NCBI GenBank assembly: GCA_040758355.1
Contig: JBFLWF010000036.1
Span: 1 to 18,921, forward strand
Reading direction: 5' to 3'
DNA from: Nitrospirota bacterium
GTDB lineage: Bacteria > Nitrospirota > Thermodesulfovibrionia > Thermodesulfovibrionales > Dissulfurispiraceae
Length of the DNA: 18,921 nt
The position numbers were made by a program, and so were the translations under genes. Numbering within the stretch: position 1 is the stretch's first letter; each line of letters begins with the position of its first letter. Shown here piece by piece: positions 1-7,581 of this stretch. The notes beneath the pieces are model-generated. The model was not told the origin of the DNA. It did no database searches and was given only the letters and a program-made list of their open reading frames with translations.

Positions 1-95
1 ACAAAATTCGTGTTATACAGAGAAGGGCTTACGGTCTCAGAGACGAGGAGTATCTGCGCCTGAAAATACTTACATGTATGCTCAAGGAGATATAA
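1..95 (+). CDS. ISL3-family transposase, C-terminal fragment (5' truncated by window edge)
   Basis: Frame 3 reads KIRVIQRRAYGLRDEEYLRLKILTCMLKEI* (stop at 93-95). This matches the typical ISL3 transposase C-terminus N-K-I-x-V-I-x-R-R-A-Y-G-x-R-x-x-E-Y-L-R-L-K-I. It is absent from the ORF track because it is short and truncated. Confidence 0.9.
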   Translation, partial: KIRVIQRRAYGLRDEEYLRLKILTCMLKEI

Positions 96-123
96 AATGA
101 CCCACTCGATTACACGAAGAGCC
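1..123 (+). mobile_element. Right end of an ISL3 insertion sequence; right terminal inverted repeat at ~100-123
   Basis: The transposase stop is followed by ACCCACTCGATTACACGAAGAGCC. Its reverse complement starts GGCTCTTCG, the usual ISL3 terminus. AT-rich TTTATTAT (124-131) follows and is a candidate 8-bp target duplication. Confidence 0.85.
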
Positions 124-200
124 TTTATTATATTTTAAATATACAACTATTCAGAGTGCTTTTCAATATAAAATTTACTGAAAAATCAGGCAGAAACAGG

Positions 201-230
201 TTGTGATTGGTTTCTGTGCTGTGATAAAAT
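201..230 (+). promoter_or_regulatory. Putative sigma70 promoter (extended -10) for the metallophosphoesterase gene
   Basis: TGaTAAAAT at 222-230, with TTGTGA at 201-206. SD GGAGGA at 252-257 precedes the ATG at 263. Confidence 0.45.
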
Positions 231-262
231 GGCTGGATTAATATTTTTCTCCGGAGGATTTT

Positions 263-745
263 ATGATTTTAGGCATTATTTCCGACACGCATGACCATCT
301 CGATAATTTGAGGAAGGTTATGGATATCTTCAATTCAAGGAATGTCGAGCATATCATCCATGCAGGGGATTTCTGTTCTCCATTTACATGGAGGGTTATA
401 AAGCATTTCAAGGGCGGCTTTACAGGCATATTCGGGAACAATGACGGAGAGAGGATTCTTTTGAAAAAGCTTTATCAGGACAGGATTTATACCCAGCCTT
501 ATAAACTCAGCCTTTATGAAAGAAGGATTGTTGTTATGCACGAGCCTGATGTTGCGGATGAACTTGCAGACAGCGGGCGTTTCGATCTCGTGGTTTACGG
601 GCATACTCATGAGCCTGTTATTAAGAAAGTTAAGAACACACTGATTGTTAATCCCGGAGAGGTATGCGGATGGCTCTATGGAAAGCCGACGGTTGCGATT
701 GTTAATCTTGAGACAATGGATGCAGAGGTAGTCCCAATAGCATAA
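263..745 (+). CDS. YfcE/MJ0936-family metallophosphoesterase (calcineurin-like)
   Basis: Motifs ISDTH, HAGD, GNND, MHEP, GHTH and NPGE; strong SD. Confidence 0.92.
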   Translation: MILGIISDTHDHLDNLRKVMDIFNSRNVEHIIHAGDFCSPFTWRVIKHFKGGFTGIFGNNDGERILLKKLYQDRIYTQPYKLSLYERRIVVMHEPDVADELADSGRFDLVVYGHTHEPVIKKVKNTLIVNPGEVCGWLYGKPTVAIVNLETMDAEVVPIA

Positions 746-916
746 ACAGTGATGGTGCGGCTGACTTGATGCAAAATTTCTGGGTTCTCTAAGGGGCAAA
801 GTAACGACTGCCCCCAACATTAATAATTAAGAAAAACTACTATATTCTGTTTTTGTTTTCAAAAAAGGACAAACGTCTAATTAATTTTGCGAAAGGCAGT
901 CGTGCCATCACTGTTT
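744..916. mobile_element. ~170-bp non-coding element bounded by imperfect terminal inverted repeats (MITE / IS remnant or structured RNA)
   Basis: AAACAGTGATGGTGCGGCTGACTT (744-767) and AAGGCAGTCGTGCCATCACTGTTT (893-916) are complementary at 20/24 positions. The match extends inward with GCAAAATT/AATTTTGC. There is an internal hairpin GGGGCA/TGCCCC (793-814). The element lies between convergent genes. Confidence 0.55.
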
Positions 917-930
917 GCCGAAATATATGC

Positions 931-2313
931 TTAAATCTCAAAATCCTCTCCCTTTTGTGGCACATGAGTGATAAACCCGAATTTCTCTTTTACAATATCT
1001 TCGAACTCGATGGAGACTTTTTCTTCGCCGTGAACTATGAATACCTCCGGTTTGTTGGAAAATGCGCCGAGCCACTCCAGAAGCTCCCTCTGGTCTGCGT
1101 GGGCCGAGAACCCTCCGATGGTATATAGTTTTGCCTTAACTGCTATCTCCTCTCCGAGGACATGGACTATCTTTGCTCCTTCTATGATTTTGCGGCCGAG
1201 TGTTCCTTTTGCCTGAAATCCCATGAAGATTACACTGCATTCAGAGCGCCATAGGTTGTGTTTGAAATGATGCTGTATCCTTCCGCCGTCGCACATTCCG
1301 CTTCCTGCAATAATGATGGCGCCTGATTTTATTTTGTTGATTCTCATGGAATCCTCGATTGAATGAGTGAAATGCAGATGCAGGGCTGCGTCATTTTTTC
1401 TGTTAAACATCTTCATTGCCTCTTTATCAAAGCATTCAGGATGTGCGAGATAGACTTTTGTGGCATCTTCAGCAAGGGGGCTGTCAACATAGACATGCAG
1501 GTTATAAAGCCTTCCTTCCTTGACGAGTTTGTTTAGTGTATAAAGTATGTCCTGTGTCCTTCCCACGGCAAAGGCGGGTATAAGGACATTTCCTCCCCTT
1601 TTGAATGTAATTTTTATTGCCTCTGCAAGCTCATCGATGCTTTCTTCTATGCCTTTGTGCATTCTGTTTCCGTAGGTCGATTCCACGACCACATAGTCTG
1701 CTGCCTCCACATGCTGGGGGTCATTGATTATGGGATTTCCCTTTTTGCCTATATCCCCTGAAAATACTATCCTCTTTTCAACGGGACTGTCCTGATACCA
1801 TAGCTCCAGCGTCCCTGAGCCGAGTATGTGGCCTGCATCTATGAATCGGTATCTTACGCCTCTGCCGAGGTGTTCTATCTTTTCATAGAATTTCCTCTCA
1901 AATAGGGGGATTGCTGCCCTCACGTCTTGTCCTGTATAAAGCGGCTCAAATACGGCATCGACGCCCTTTCTTAATGCCTTTTTCGTCAACCATTCTGCAT
2001 CCTTCTCCTGTATCTGCGCTGAATCGTAAAGCATTATTTCGGCTAAGTCTGCAGTGGCTGATGTGGTTATTATTCCGCCATTAAATCCGTCCTTTACAAG
2101 TTTTGGGATGAGTCCTGAATGGTCTATATGTGCATGTGTCAGAAAAAGATAATCTATATCCTCCGGCCTGAAATCAAAGGGGGTTTTGTTTGTTTCGTCT
2201 GCATTTTCTCCCTGATACATGCCGCAGTCCACAAGTATCTGTATATCGTTTACGGATATGTGAAAACATGTGCCTGTGACAGTCCTGACGCCGCCTAAAA
2301 ATTTAATCTTCAT
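931..2313 (-). CDS. MBL-fold metallo-hydrolase, beta-CASP RNA-metabolising family (YSH1-like)
   Basis: Motifs LVDCG, THAHIDH, AGHILGS, FSGDIG, ESTYG, PAFAVGR, AGSGM, FSAHAD and VHGE. Confidence 0.93.
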   Translation of the reverse strand: MKIKFLGGVRTVTGTCFHISVNDIQILVDCGMYQGENADETNKTPFDFRPEDIDYLFLTHAHIDHSGLIPKLVKDGFNGGIITTSATADLAEIMLYDSAQIQEKDAEWLTKKALRKGVDAVFEPLYTGQDVRAAIPLFERKFYEKIEHLGRGVRYRFIDAGHILGSGTLELWYQDSPVEKRIVFSGDIGKKGNPIINDPQHVEAADYVVVESTYGNRMHKGIEESIDELAEAIKITFKRGGNVLIPAFAVGRTQDILYTLNKLVKEGRLYNLHVYVDSPLAEDATKVYLAHPECFDKEAMKMFNRKNDAALHLHFTHSIEDSMRINKIKSGAIIIAGSGMCDGGRIQHHFKHNLWRSECSVIFMGFQAKGTLGRKIIEGAKIVHVLGEEIAVKAKLYTIGGFSAHADQRELLEWLGAFSNKPEVFIVHGEEKVSIEFEDIVKEKFGFITHVPQKGEDFEI

Positions 2314-2320
2314 GGTAAAT

Positions 2321-2346
2321 CTTAACCTTAACCTTTACCTTTACCT
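2321..2346. repeat. Hexamer tandem repeat CTTAAC x2, CTTTAC x2 in the intergenic spacer
   Basis: Read directly: cttaac cttaac ctttac ctttac ct. Confidence 0.75.
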
Positions 2347-2351
2347 GTCTT

Positions 2352-3266
2352 TTATATCGTTACTCCGTCAATCCTTTTTAAGCCTGCATCCAGCGCAATC
2401 TTTACGGCCTCTGAATATTCCTTTGTTGTTATCCTCCTGTCGAGGGGAGGGTGTTCGAATGCCTTATAACACGGGTAATACTGATCCATGATGTTTATGT
2501 AAGTGTTTCTGGAAATCTCCTCTGCAATGAATTTCACGACCTCTTTTGTGCCCGCAATGCCTTCGGGCAGGACGAGATGTCTTACGAGGAGGCCCCTCAA
2601 TGCTATTCCTCTTTCATCAATTATGAGGTCTCCAACCTGTCTGTGCATCTCTTTTATTGCAGCCTTTGCCCTCTCCGGGTAATCCTTTGCCTTTGAGTAT
2701 TTTAAAGCCATTTGCGGGTCTGAATATTTAAAATCCGGCATGTATATGTCCACAACTCCGTCGAGTATCGTAACTGCTTCAAGGGATTCGTAGCCTCCGC
2801 AATTATACACAATAGGAATATTCATGCCCATTTCCGAGGCAATGGCAACGGAATGAAGTATCATTGGCATCTGGTGGGTTGGCGTGACCAAGTTTATATT
2901 GTGGCAGCCCATGTCCTGTATCTCCAGCATTATATGAGCGAGTTTTTCAAAGGATATTTCGTTCCCTTCGCCAAGATGGCTTATGGTCCAGTTCTGGCAG
3001 AATATGCATCCAAGGTTGCAGAAACTGAAGAATATGGTTCCCGAGCCGAGTCTTCCGACAAGGGGCCTCTCCTCGCCAAAATGAGGCCCCCAGCTTGCAA
3101 CAAAGGGCTTGTCCCCTGTCCTGCAGAAGCCGACGTTACCCGAAGTCCTGTCCACCTTGCAGTTTCTCGGACAGAGGGTGCATTTTTTTAATATACCTTC
3201 AGCAACCCTTACCTTATCCCATAGTTCGCCGCTGTAGAGCTTGCGATAAGCAGGTACGAATGTCAT
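2352..3266 (-). CDS. Radical SAM protein, PflX family
   Basis: N-terminal CTLCPRNCKVDR...GFC, then HFGEE, GSGTIFF, the CxxxCxxC motif CNLGCIFCQN, HNINLVTPTH, DIYMPDFKY, RHLVLP and MDQYYP. Confidence 0.92.
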   Translation of the reverse strand: MTFVPAYRKLYSGELWDKVRVAEGILKKCTLCPRNCKVDRTSGNVGFCRTGDKPFVASWGPHFGEERPLVGRLGSGTIFFSFCNLGCIFCQNWTISHLGEGNEISFEKLAHIMLEIQDMGCHNINLVTPTHQMPMILHSVAIASEMGMNIPIVYNCGGYESLEAVTILDGVVDIYMPDFKYSDPQMALKYSKAKDYPERAKAAIKEMHRQVGDLIIDERGIALRGLLVRHLVLPEGIAGTKEVVKFIAEEISRNTYINIMDQYYPCYKAFEHPPLDRRITTKEYSEAVKIALDAGLKRIDGVTI

Positions 3267-3270
3267 ATAT

Positions 3271-3888
3271 TCATTGTGCCTTAGGCAATGACCATTCTAC
3301 AAGCTTTACAGCAATTTCTTTTGCATGCCATGCAATATTCTTTATTGCATCAACCATGTTTATATATATAGATGACGCTACAGGGAGACACAATCCCTCG
3401 ATCAACCTCTCTTCGTGAAGCGTTGCATATTCTGTCGCCCTCTTTACTATACCCACCTCTGATTCCTCCACATATCTCCTCAGAATTGTATTTCTTGCAA
3501 GTATCATGTCTGCCGTCGGCCTCAGGACATCAATAAGCCTCTGAAGGAGAAATGTGATTTCCGTGACTGCCTTATCGCTGAAGAGTATGTTGTCCTTTAT
3601 CTTTTTGTCCATGAACTCCGTTAGTTTTTCGATATTCTCGCCGATCCTCAGGAGGTGTACAGGGATGGAGACGTACGGCTTCAGTTCGGGATTGTCCCGT
3701 GCCAGTTCGGCAACCTTCTTTGTGAGCTGGGCCTCTGCTTTTTTAATGGCCTCTACCTTTGAACCACAGTCCTTTAATGGTTTTGAAGAATTATAAATAA
3801 ATGCGGTTTGCAAAAAAGACATGCAATTTTCTTCATTGCTTGCCATATCATACATTGCCTTCAATAATTCCTTGACCTCCTCTTTCAT
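3271..3888 (-). CDS. PhoU-like helical domain protein (similar to the soluble C-terminal part of Na/Pi cotransporters)
   Basis: Start reassigned to ATG 3888 (MKEEVKELL), which follows SD AAGGAGG. Motifs LLRIGENIE, LFSDKAVTEI and HEERLIEGLC...IY...IKNIAWHA resemble PhoU repeats. Confidence 0.72.
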   Translation of the reverse strand: MKEEVKELLKAMYDMASNEENCMSFLQTAFIYNSSKPLKDCGSKVEAIKKAEAQLTKKVAELARDNPELKPYVSIPVHLLRIGENIEKLTEFMDKKIKDNILFSDKAVTEITFLLQRLIDVLRPTADMILARNTILRRYVEESEVGIVKRATEYATLHEERLIEGLCLPVASSIYINMVDAIKNIAWHAKEIAVKLVEWSLPKAQ

Positions 3889-3951
3889 GGCTTTTCCCTC
3901 CTTCTGTATTTTTTTAAAGCATATCAGATTGTATGACCTTCTGCAAGGATG

Positions 3952-3960
3952 TGCTAAAAT
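3952..3960 (+). promoter_or_regulatory. Putative extended -10 promoter for the first HDOD gene
   Basis: TGcTAAAAT about 32 nt upstream of ATG 3993, in the divergent intergenic region. Confidence 0.4.
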
Positions 3961-3992
3961 AGTAAAAACAGCAAAAGATGGGGATGTAACCA

Positions 3993-4829
3993 ATGGATGC
4001 ATGGACATTGCGCAGTAAGATCGAAAATATAGACAACCTTCCGACAATTCCTCCTGTCCTGAGAAATCTGCTAAACATTATAGAAGATCCACAGGTTTCT
4101 CTCAGCGAGGTAGGCAATTTCATACTGAAAGACCCGGCCCTCACGTCAAGGATACTCAGGGTGGTTAATTCACCGATCTACGGCTTCCCCGGCAGGATAT
4201 CCACGATAAGCCAGGCATTGATACTACTCGGTCTGAATGTTGTAAAGGGAATGCTCTTGGGAGTTTCTGTCTTTGATGTTATGAAAAAGGTGATGGTCGG
4301 GCTTTGGGAGCACTCTATTGGATGTGCTGTTACTGCACGGATAATTTCTCAGAGAAAGGCATCGATTTATCTTGAGGAGGTTGCTGTTGCAGCCCTGCTT
4401 CACGATATAGGGAAGGTGGTCCTTGGTTTGAGATTTTCTGACGAATATAAAAAGGCGCTGAAGGAGGCAGAGAAGAAGGGTATTTTTGTATTCGACTCGG
4501 AAAGGAAGCAATTTAGTGTGGACCATGCTACCGTGGGGGCATGGCTTACAGGGAAATGGAAATTCCCCAGGAGTCTGGTCGAGGTTATAGAATACCACCA
4601 TAAACCCCATCTCTCGAAGAATGTCCCTGTGCAGGCTGCAATAGTGCACCTTTCCGATATTCTTGTGCGCGCAAAGGGGTTCGGCTTTGCAGGCGATAAC
4701 TTTGTGCCTGCGATACATCCCTCTGTATTTGAGATGCTTGACCTTACAGAAACCGATATAAAAGACATACTCGATGAGATGGAAGACTCCTTCGGCCACA
4801 TAGAGGATATTCTCCTCATTGACTTATAA
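3993..4829 (+). CDS. HDOD domain protein (copy 1)
   Basis: Motifs LPTIP, DPALTSRILRVVNSPIYG, LWEHS, ALLHDIGK, DHA-VGAWL--KW-FP, YHH and VHLSD. Confidence 0.92.
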   Translation: MDAWTLRSKIENIDNLPTIPPVLRNLLNIIEDPQVSLSEVGNFILKDPALTSRILRVVNSPIYGFPGRISTISQALILLGLNVVKGMLLGVSVFDVMKKVMVGLWEHSIGCAVTARIISQRKASIYLEEVAVAALLHDIGKVVLGLRFSDEYKKALKEAEKKGIFVFDSERKQFSVDHATVGAWLTGKWKFPRSLVEVIEYHHKPHLSKNVPVQAAIVHLSDILVRAKGFGFAGDNFVPAIHPSVFEMLDLTETDIKDILDEMEDSFGHIEDILLIDL

Positions 4830-4866
4830 AGGTCTATTTTCTTCTGCTGTACTTGTAATTCTTTTA

Positions 4867-4875
4867 TGATATAAT
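4867..4875 (+). promoter_or_regulatory. Extended -10 promoter (TGnTATAAT) for the small protein-HDOD2-GGDEF unit
   Basis: Perfect TGaTATAAT at 4867-4875; SD GAGGAGG at 4893-4899 before TTG 4907. Confidence 0.55.
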
Positions 4876-4906
4876 ACCCTTCAAAAGTATCAGAGGAGGT
4901 AATGTC

Positions 4907-5203
4907 TTGCCAAAGGTTACCGTGAATAATCTCAAACCCGGCATGAAGCTGTCGAAGCCGGTTGTCAATGAAGCAGGAATGATACTCCTTGGAGAGGGCA
5001 CAGAGATTACGGACTCCCTTATCGAGAGGCTTCAAAATATGAATGTGAGCAGTGTTTTTGTAGAAGGGGCGTCAAAGCCCCAGAAGCCAAAGGAAGATGC
5101 CATGGCTGAAATAGACGCACGGTTCAAAAAGACAGAAAACGAGCCGCATATGGGCATGCTGAAAAAGCTGCTTAAAGAACATGTAGAGGAGTTATATAAA
5201 TAA
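4907..5203 (+). CDS. Small protein resembling the N-terminal accessory domain of HD-GYP/HDOD proteins
   Basis: Pattern V-x-V-x-x-L-K-P-G-M-x-L...G-x-I-L-L-x-x-G-x-x-I-T-x-x-L-I-x-R-L; strong SD with a TTG start. Confidence 0.75.
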   Translation: MPKVTVNNLKPGMKLSKPVVNEAGMILLGEGTEITDSLIERLQNMNVSSVFVEGASKPQKPKEDAMAEIDARFKKTENEPHMGMLKKLLKEHVEELYK

Positions 5204-5205
5204 TT

Positions 5206-6042
5206 ATGGACATACAGGCGCTGCGCAGTCAGATCGAGAGAATAGACACTCTTCCCACGATACCAAGCGTTTTGAGAAAGCTTCTGGGCGTCATCGAGAA
5301 TCCAAGGATTTCCTTGAACGAAATAGGCAGTTTCATATCAAACGACCCTGTTCTTACATCACGGGTCCTTAAGGTGGTTAATTCGCCTGTTTACGGCTTT
5401 CCCGGCAGGATATCCTCTGTAAGCCAGGCATTGATACTCCTTGGTCTGAATGTTGTAAAAGGAATGCTCTTAGGAGTCTCTGTGTTTGAGGCGATGCAGA
5501 AGACCATGGTCGGTCTCTGGGAGCACTCCCTGGGCTGTGCTGTGACTGCAAGGATAATCGCAAAGAAAAAGGAATTGAAGGAGCCTGAAGAGGTATCTGT
5601 CGCAGCACTCCTCCATGACATAGGGAAGGTTGTTCTGGGATTGAAGTTCCCTGACGAATACAAAAAGATTATGTCAGATGCAGAGACAAAGGACATTTTT
5701 ATATTCGATGCGGAGAAGAACTATTTCGGCATCAATCATGCCGATGCAGGGGCGTGGATCGCCCAGAAATGGAATTTTCCCAGAAGTCTCGTTGAAGTTA
5801 TAGAATACCACCACAAACCCCACCTGTCCAAAAATGTAGCCATGCAGACAGCTATAGTGCACCTTTCGGACATCCTTATAAGGGCAAAGGGATTCGGCTT
5901 TGCAGGCGATAACTCTGTGCCGGCAATTAATAACGCTGCGTGGCAAATGCTTAATCTGTCGGAAGCAGATGTAAAGGATATACTCGATGAGATGGAAGAC
6001 TCCTTATCCCAGGCAGAGGACTTCCTTCTTTCCGATGAATAA
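5206..6042 (+). CDS. HDOD domain protein (copy 2, paralog of 3993-4829)
   Basis: Same motifs and same length (278 aa) as copy 1; aligns without gaps. Confidence 0.92.
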   Translation: MDIQALRSQIERIDTLPTIPSVLRKLLGVIENPRISLNEIGSFISNDPVLTSRVLKVVNSPVYGFPGRISSVSQALILLGLNVVKGMLLGVSVFEAMQKTMVGLWEHSLGCAVTARIIAKKKELKEPEEVSVAALLHDIGKVVLGLKFPDEYKKIMSDAETKDIFIFDAEKNYFGINHADAGAWIAQKWNFPRSLVEVIEYHHKPHLSKNVAMQTAIVHLSDILIRAKGFGFAGDNSVPAINNAAWQMLNLSEADVKDILDEMEDSLSQAEDFLLSDE

Positions 6043-6973
6043 TCTAAAGACGGTTGTAGTCATATCCAGAGACATGGTCTTAACGAGCATTGTCGACAGG
6101 CTACTTAAAGACTCCTACATGGTTGCCGACTTTTCGAATATCCAGTCTTCGCTTGATTATATCTACGCCTCCATTCCCGACCTGATGATCATAGATATTG
6201 CCATGGATGATGCCTTTGCCATTACCATATTGAACGAAATGAAAAGCGATCCCATATTCGGCAGACTCCCTGTCCTTGCCATATTCGAGGATCAGTTTGT
6301 TATCCCGAAGTGGGACCACCTGCTCGTTGACGACTATGTCAGGAGGTCATGCCTTGAACTCGAGCTGTTGGCAAAAGTGAGCTTATGCATGCACAGGGCT
6401 GAAAGGATGGTCGAGGTTAATCCACTGACAAGGCTCCCCGGGAACATTGCGATAATCAAGCAGATACAGAGAAGACTGGACAATAACGAGGTTTTTGCGC
6501 TTGCCTATGCAGACCTCGATTATTTCAAGCCATATAATGACAGGTACGGTTTCAGCCGTGGCGATGAGGCTTTGAAAATGCTCGGGCGCCTTATTCTGAA
6601 CACTGTCAAGGAAAATCAGGCACAAGGCAGTTTTGTCGGACATATAGGCGGTGACGATTTTGTGTTTATGATGGATGTAGAGCATATCGAAGAAACTGCC
6701 GGAGAAATTATAGATAACTTCAATAAGATAATACCTACCTTTTATGATCCGGAGGACAGGGCAAGGGGCTTCATAGAATCCGTTGACAGGGAGGGGAATA
6801 AAAAGACATTCCCTCTTATAGGCATTTCAATAGGGGCAGCCCATAACAGGTTCAGGAAGTTCTCTCACTACGGCGAGATAGCGGAAGTGGCATCGGAAAT
6901 GAAAAAATACGCCAAGTGTGCAGGAGGCGGTTGTTTTAAGATGGACAAGAGGCACCACGAATTTGTGAATTAA
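6035..6973 (+). CDS. Atypical receiver domain + GGDEF (diguanylate cyclase-like) protein
   Basis: Likely start is ATG 6035 (MNNLKTVVV), overlapping the HDOD2 stop. Receiver-like PDLMIIDIAM, then NPLTRLPGN, DLDYFKPYNDRYGF-RGD, GHIGGDDF and ISIG. Confidence 0.88.
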   Translation: MNNLKTVVVISRDMVLTSIVDRLLKDSYMVADFSNIQSSLDYIYASIPDLMIIDIAMDDAFAITILNEMKSDPIFGRLPVLAIFEDQFVIPKWDHLLVDDYVRRSCLELELLAKVSLCMHRAERMVEVNPLTRLPGNIAIIKQIQRRLDNNEVFALAYADLDYFKPYNDRYGFSRGDEALKMLGRLILNTVKENQAQGSFVGHIGGDDFVFMMDVEHIEETAGEIIDNFNKIIPTFYDPEDRARGFIESVDREGNKKTFPLIGISIGAAHNRFRKFSHYGEIAEVASEMKKYAKCAGGGCFKMDKRHHEFVN

Positions 6974-7012
6974 CCCCGTTAGAAAGCAATCAAGCTTTCT
7001 AACGGGGTTAAT
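6969..7012. terminator. Perfect 19-bp inverted repeat between convergent genes (bidirectional terminator / REP-like element)
   Basis: ATTAACCCCGTTAGAAAGC-aatcaa-GCTTTCTAACGGGGTTAAT. The arms contain the TAA stops of both flanking genes. Confidence 0.8.
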
Positions 7013-7283
7013 CAAAGAGCCTTATGATGCTGTCTGCCTTGTTTTCTATGCTCTTTATGCCCTGCGATATGGAATTATATTCGCGTTTGACCCTGTGCAG
7101 TTCGTCCGCAATATTCAAGGCAGTCAGGATTGCCGCCTTAAGGGGTGTTATGTCAGGCGCTGTGGTGTAAACCTCCTTGAGTTTTTCGTCCACAAAATCC
7201 GCAATCTGTTGAATATACTCTGGAGGCGCGTCACCCTTTATTACATACTTTTGTCCAAGGATGTGTACTTCTATGCTGCCCAT
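7008..7283 (-). CDS. zapA: Cell division protein ZapA
   Basis: IEVHILGQKYVIKG...YIQQIADFVDEK...KAAILTALNIADEL followed by a coiled coil. Confidence 0.92.
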   Translation of the reverse strand: MGSIEVHILGQKYVIKGDAPPEYIQQIADFVDEKLKEVYTTAPDITPLKAAILTALNIADELHRVKREYNSISQGIKSIENKADSIIRLFD

Positions 7284-7288
7284 AATCT

Positions 7289-7510
7289 CTATTTAAGCCC
7301 GATTGTTTCAAGCTCGTTCAGCAGGTCTTCTATCTGGTTTTTAATGGACGACTTTTCCATGCCGAGCCTCTCGATTTCCATGTCCTTTAATCTGATCGCA
7401 TCCTCCAGTTCTTCGACCCTTCTTTCGAGCTTCTCTTTTTCTTCTTTTAATGACCTGACCTTTTCGACTGCAATGGCTATTTTCTCATCGAATGTTTTCA
7501 GTGCTTCCAC
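7289..7510 (-). CDS. zapB: ZapB-like coiled-coil cell division protein
   Basis: Entirely coiled-coil small protein directly upstream of zapA, ending IKNQIEDLLNELE. GTG 7510 follows SD GGGAGG; alternative start is ATG 7534. Confidence 0.65.
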   Translation of the reverse strand: MEALKTFDEKIAIAVEKVRSLKEEKEKLERRVEELEDAIRLKDMEIERLGMEKSSIKNQIEDLLNELETIGLK

Positions 7511-7581
7511 GGTAGCCTCCCTGTAGTAGTTCATTGTTTATTGCACGATAAATAATACACAAATTTTACGTGAAAAATAAA

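Noticed and set aside
744..916. 6S RNA (size and closing stem are similar)
   Set aside because: The interior is AT-rich with small local hairpins rather than a continuous rod with a central bubble. There is no promoter, and the left arm overlaps a stop codon. An Rfam search would be needed to exclude it fully.
3889..4047. N-terminal extension of the 258-aa ORF
   Set aside because: It overlaps the divergent HDOD gene and its promoter; a strong SD supports ATG 3888.
4224..5946. Antisense ORFs (191, 211, 101, 90 and 76 aa) over the HDOD genes, some similar to each other
   Set aside because: Shadow ORFs; their mutual similarity simply reflects the HDOD duplication.
5987..6034. Longer start for the GGDEF gene
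   Set aside because: It would overlap HDOD2 by 56 nt; the receiver fold begins at ATG 6035.
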